Source: Octopus sinensis
Lineage: Eukaryota
Direction: 5' to 3'
DNA: 64,000 nt
Assembly (NCBI RefSeq): GCF_006345805.1
Contig: NC_043003.1
Coordinates: 6,944,001-7,008,000, forward strand
Positions 60,405 to 64,000 of the stretch are shown here, piece by piece. The notes under the pieces were generated by a model. The model worked only from the letters and a program-made list of their open reading frames with translations. It had not been told where the DNA came from and made no database searches. Positions within the stretch are counted from its first letter, which is position 1, and the number at the start of each line of letters is the position of its first letter. Made by a program: the position numbers and the translations under genes.

Positions 60405-60745
60405 TTCTTTTACTTGTTTCAGTCATTTGACTGCGGCCATGCTGGAGCACTGCCTTTAGTCGAGCAAATCGACCCCGGGACTTATTCTTTGTAAGCCCAG
60501 CACTTGTTCCATCGGTCTCCCCCGCCAAACCGCTAAGTAACGGGGACACAAACACACCAGCATCGGCCGCCAAGCAATGCCAGAGGGACAAACACAGACA
60601 CACAAACACACCCACACATATATATATATATATACATATATACGACAGGCCTCCTTCAGCTTCCGTCCACCAAATCCACTCACAAGGCCCTGGTCGGCTC
60701 GAGGCTACAGCAGAAGGCACTTGCCCAAGATGCCACGCAGTGTAT
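60405..60745 (-). mobile_element. SINE family C (head truncated)
   Basis: Family C body and tail, with many T>C differences on the + strand. Confidence 0.85.
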
Positions 60746-61057
60746 ATTATGTGTACCTGTTGCTTTGGTGTATGTTATTTCCATAATTAAACCTCGTTTA
60801 ATCCTAAATTATGATATATAATCCCTATATACTTACTTACATGGATGGTAATCCTTTAGAGATGGTATATCAAAGTTGAAACTATTTGTTCGCCAATTTC
60901 CTTAAAAAAAAAAAATTATTCCTTTAATTTATTTTCCACCTGAATCGCTTATATTTATGTATAATTGTGTGTCTGTGTTTATGTGCATGTATGTATAATG
61001 GTATATGTACACTTACATACACAAAAATGAATAAACAAGCCATTCAGCTGCAATATA

Positions 61058-61458
61058 TCTTTATATATAAAAGAGAGGTTGTGTGCTGTCTGTCTCCTAT
61101 GATTTAGATTTCTAACTACTCCCATATTTTGCGGTGCAGTTTAACCAAAACCGGGTATCTTATAGTCGTGATTCATATAGAGCCCTTCTGGGTATTAGCG
61201 CGCGTCTACGATGAGTCTACGATTTTAAAAATAATTTACCATCATTTTTTTCCATTTTAATGCATTTTTTCGCTATTATATAAGGGAAGCAACTCTCTAA
61301 AAATGTCTACGATGAGTCAACGATTTAAAAAAAAATTTACCATAATTTTTTTTCCATTTTTAATGCATTTTTTTGCTACTTTTTGGCTATAACTCTCTAA
61401 AAATGCTTAAATAGTTACTTCCCTTACAAACCCGAGCAACGCCGGGCGATACTGCTTG
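61058..61458 (+). mobile_element. Non-autonomous Helitron, family D2, with internal duplication
   Basis: A|TCTTTATATATAAAAG ... CCCGAGCAACGCCGGGCGATACTGCTTG|T. Confidence 0.8.
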
Positions 61459-61779
61459 TATATTATATATTAAAGAAATAAAAATAATATTACGGTTGAG
61501 GTTTGGATAGCTGCTGCCAAATGTTTAAATTAAACAACCTACTACTTTAACCAACATACTCTAGCTACAAATAACGAACTGTTTTTTTACTGTCTACCAT
61601 CTTAGATTATTTTATTATTTATGATTTTAATTCTCTCCTTGACAAATTCTTAATCCGATCTTCTAAATCCAGGGAAACAAAACTCTGACACTTCGTATCT
61701 CTCGTAGTTTTTTAGTCGATCGATGAAAACAACATCCAAGCTTTATTTCTTTTCTTTTTTTTTTAATCTTTTGTTGTTA

Positions 61780-62145
61780 CATATTTCAGTCATTTGAGTG
61801 TGGCCGGGGCCCCACCTTGAATGATTTTAGTCGAACAAATCGTAACCAAGACTTATTTTTGCTTTAAAGCCTGGTACTCATTCTATCAGTTTCTTTTGCC
61901 GAAACACTAGGTTACGGGGACATAAACACACCAACACCCGATGTCAAGCAGGTGTGGGGACACAAAGACAGACATACACACACATTTATATGCTGGGCTT
62001 CTTTCAGTTTCCGTCTACCAAATCCACTCGCAAGGCTTCGGTTGGCCTGAGTCTATAGTAGAAGATACTTGCCCAAGGTGCCACACAGTGGGACTGAACT
62101 TCAAACCATGTGGTTGGGAAGCAAGCTTCTTACCACACAGCCACA
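61780..62145 (-). mobile_element. SINE family C, older copy
   Basis: Diverged family C head, body and tail. Confidence 0.75.
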
Positions 62146-62872
62146 CAGTCTGTGTGTTCAACAATTGTCTCAAACTTTTATCAACCACCCACTCTGATTT
62201 CCTCAGTCAATTCAAGTTGTTGTCATTTGTCACAAAGGATGAAAGGTCTGTAGCACTTGAGGGGTGCAAGTCTCATCCCTTACATTAAATTATTTGTCAA
62301 AGGAAAAGCCAAGACTTCAAATATCTTTAAACACCATAAAAATTGCAATAATATATATATATATATTTCTTCAAGGCAATTTGGTAGCCTTGGAGCTAGT
62401 CGCTGTAGTTAAATGGTGTGAACCAAATGCTGTCTCGTTCCAGCATAGTGTAGCTTCGCCACATGGTGGCAGCTTGAGGAGAGATGTGAGAACGCATCTA
62501 TTCTGTTCGCTGTCAGCTTCAAGAGAGATCGATGCACGAGAAGTTTTTGCTGCTGGTAGTTTTTTGTGCATGCGCATGAGGGAACTTCTGGTGGCCTCCC
62601 GGAAGAAATCCAACTCTGCGCATGCGCGCTGAAGACTTCCAGAATGGCATCACTACACATTTAATGTTTATAAATGAAAAGGTAGTGCTCTTAAACTTAT
62701 GCTCACTTCTGCTGAGAACAAGGATGGAATTATTATGGTTAATATTGTTTCGAATTTTGGCACAAAGGCAGCAATTTTAATATTAGTAGAACAGTTGATT
62801 GCATCGACCCCAGTACTTGAACTTGCATTCTAGTCTATCAACCTCAAAAGGAGTAAAGGTAAAGTTGACCAG

Positions 62873-63042
62873 GCGCAGGAGTGGCTGTGTGGTAAGTAGC
62901 TTACTAACCAACCACATGGTTCCCAGTTCAGTCCCACTGCGTGGCATCTTGGGCAAGTGTCTTCTGCTATAGCTCCGGGCCGACCAATGCCTTGTGAGTG
63001 GATTTGGTAGACGGAAACTGAAAGAAGTCTGTCGTATATATG

Positions 63043-63075
<33 letters not shown>

Positions 63076-63290
63076 TTGTGTGTCTGTGTTTGTCCACCCA
63101 GCATTGCTTGACAACTGATGCTGGTGTGTTTACGTCCCCATCATTTAGTGGTTCGGCAAAAGAGACCGATAGAATAAGTACTGGGCTTACAAAGAATAAG
63201 TCCCGGGGTCGATTTGCTCAACTAAAGGCGGTGCTCCAGCATAGCCGCAGTCAAATGACTGAAACAAGTAAAAGAGTAAAAGAGAGAGAG
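62873..63290 (+). mobile_element. SINE family C, full length
   Basis: GGCGCAGGAGTGGCTGTGTGGTAAG ... ATGACTGAAACAAGTAAAAGAGTAAAAGAG. Confidence 0.92.
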
Positions 63291-63593
63291 TAAAGAGCAA
63301 TAATTGAACTCGAAGAGTAATGAGTTGGAAGAGATACCACTAAACACTTTGCCTGACACTCTAAGGATTCTGCCAGATTTCTGCCTTCTGTGTGTGGTTT
63401 ATTTTGAATTGGAATAAAGCAGTGAGCTGGCAGGGTTGTTACTGTGCTAGGCAAAATGCTTGGTGGCATTTCATTATCTTTATGTTCTGAGTTCAAATTC
63501 CACCAGGGCCAGCTATGCCTTTCATCCGAGGGTTGATGTAATTAGAATTTATAAGCCTTATAAACCCTAAAAATTCTCTCTATCACTGCCTAT

Positions 63594-63770
63594 GGGCATA
63601 GCGTAGTGGATAAAGGCATTGGTTAATGTAGTGCAGTCACCTTGAGGTTCTGGGTTCAAACCCAGGCAAAGCACTAAGGAGAATCACAAGACACTTGAAA
63701 AAGGCTGGAGCATACAACAGCCAAAGCACAGTGAAAGCAACAATCGAGATAAGGACACCAGTGTATATAA
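63594..63770 (+). mobile_element. tRNA-headed short element, decayed
   Basis: A-box TAGCGTAGTGG and B-box GGTTCAAACCC, then a short body with a GGCTG/CAGCC stem. Confidence 0.55.
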
Positions 63771-64000
63771 TATATATTTCTCATCTCAGAAATATAGAAT
63801 CGTATTAATCCTACAGTATATTAAATAATCCTACCTACGCAATATTTGCATGTGAAGTATCTGTGTAAACAGAAGCACTTTCATACGAGTACACAAGTGT
63901 TTTTATACTAGTACATAGGCACATACATCTTTAATGCAAGAGCATAGCCATTTGGACTGTAATGTAACCTATTTTTAATTGAATCCTTGGCAAAAAATAT

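Noticed and set aside
62873-62945. tRNA genes at SINE heads
   Set aside because: A/B boxes are present, but no complete cloverleaf is evident and each head continues into a SINE body.

Overview
AT-rich, repeat-saturated animal genomic DNA, most likely an octopus or related coleoid cephalopod. This is inferred from the tandem C2H2 genes, the tRNA-headed SINE families and the extreme microsatellite load, not from a database match. Genes: one intact 16-finger C2H2 gene (+, 28525-29970), a convergent and probably pseudogenised paralog (-, ~42027-42903), and the first coding exon of an unidentified gene (+, 58467-58577). The rest is SINEs, fragments of RTE, CR1, Tx1/L1-like and Penelope-like retroelements, Helitrons, MITEs (piggyBac-, hAT- and foldback-type), a mariner fragment and microsatellites. 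Most listed ORFs are repeat artefacts. Best leads: (1) two TSD-flanked, 5'-truncated Tx1/L1-like LINEs whose 3' tail matches the tail of the most common SINE, suggesting a LINE-SINE partnership; (2) that SINE forms multimers with the same junction at three separate loci; (3) minimal hammerhead-ribozyme motifs in Penelope-like repeats, plus a DNA palindrome centred on the hammerhead stem III sequence; (4) RTE ORFs carrying a PHD finger or a triple C2H2 tail. Repeat boundaries are approximate unless a TSD or TIR is quoted. Family assignments are by motif recognition only.
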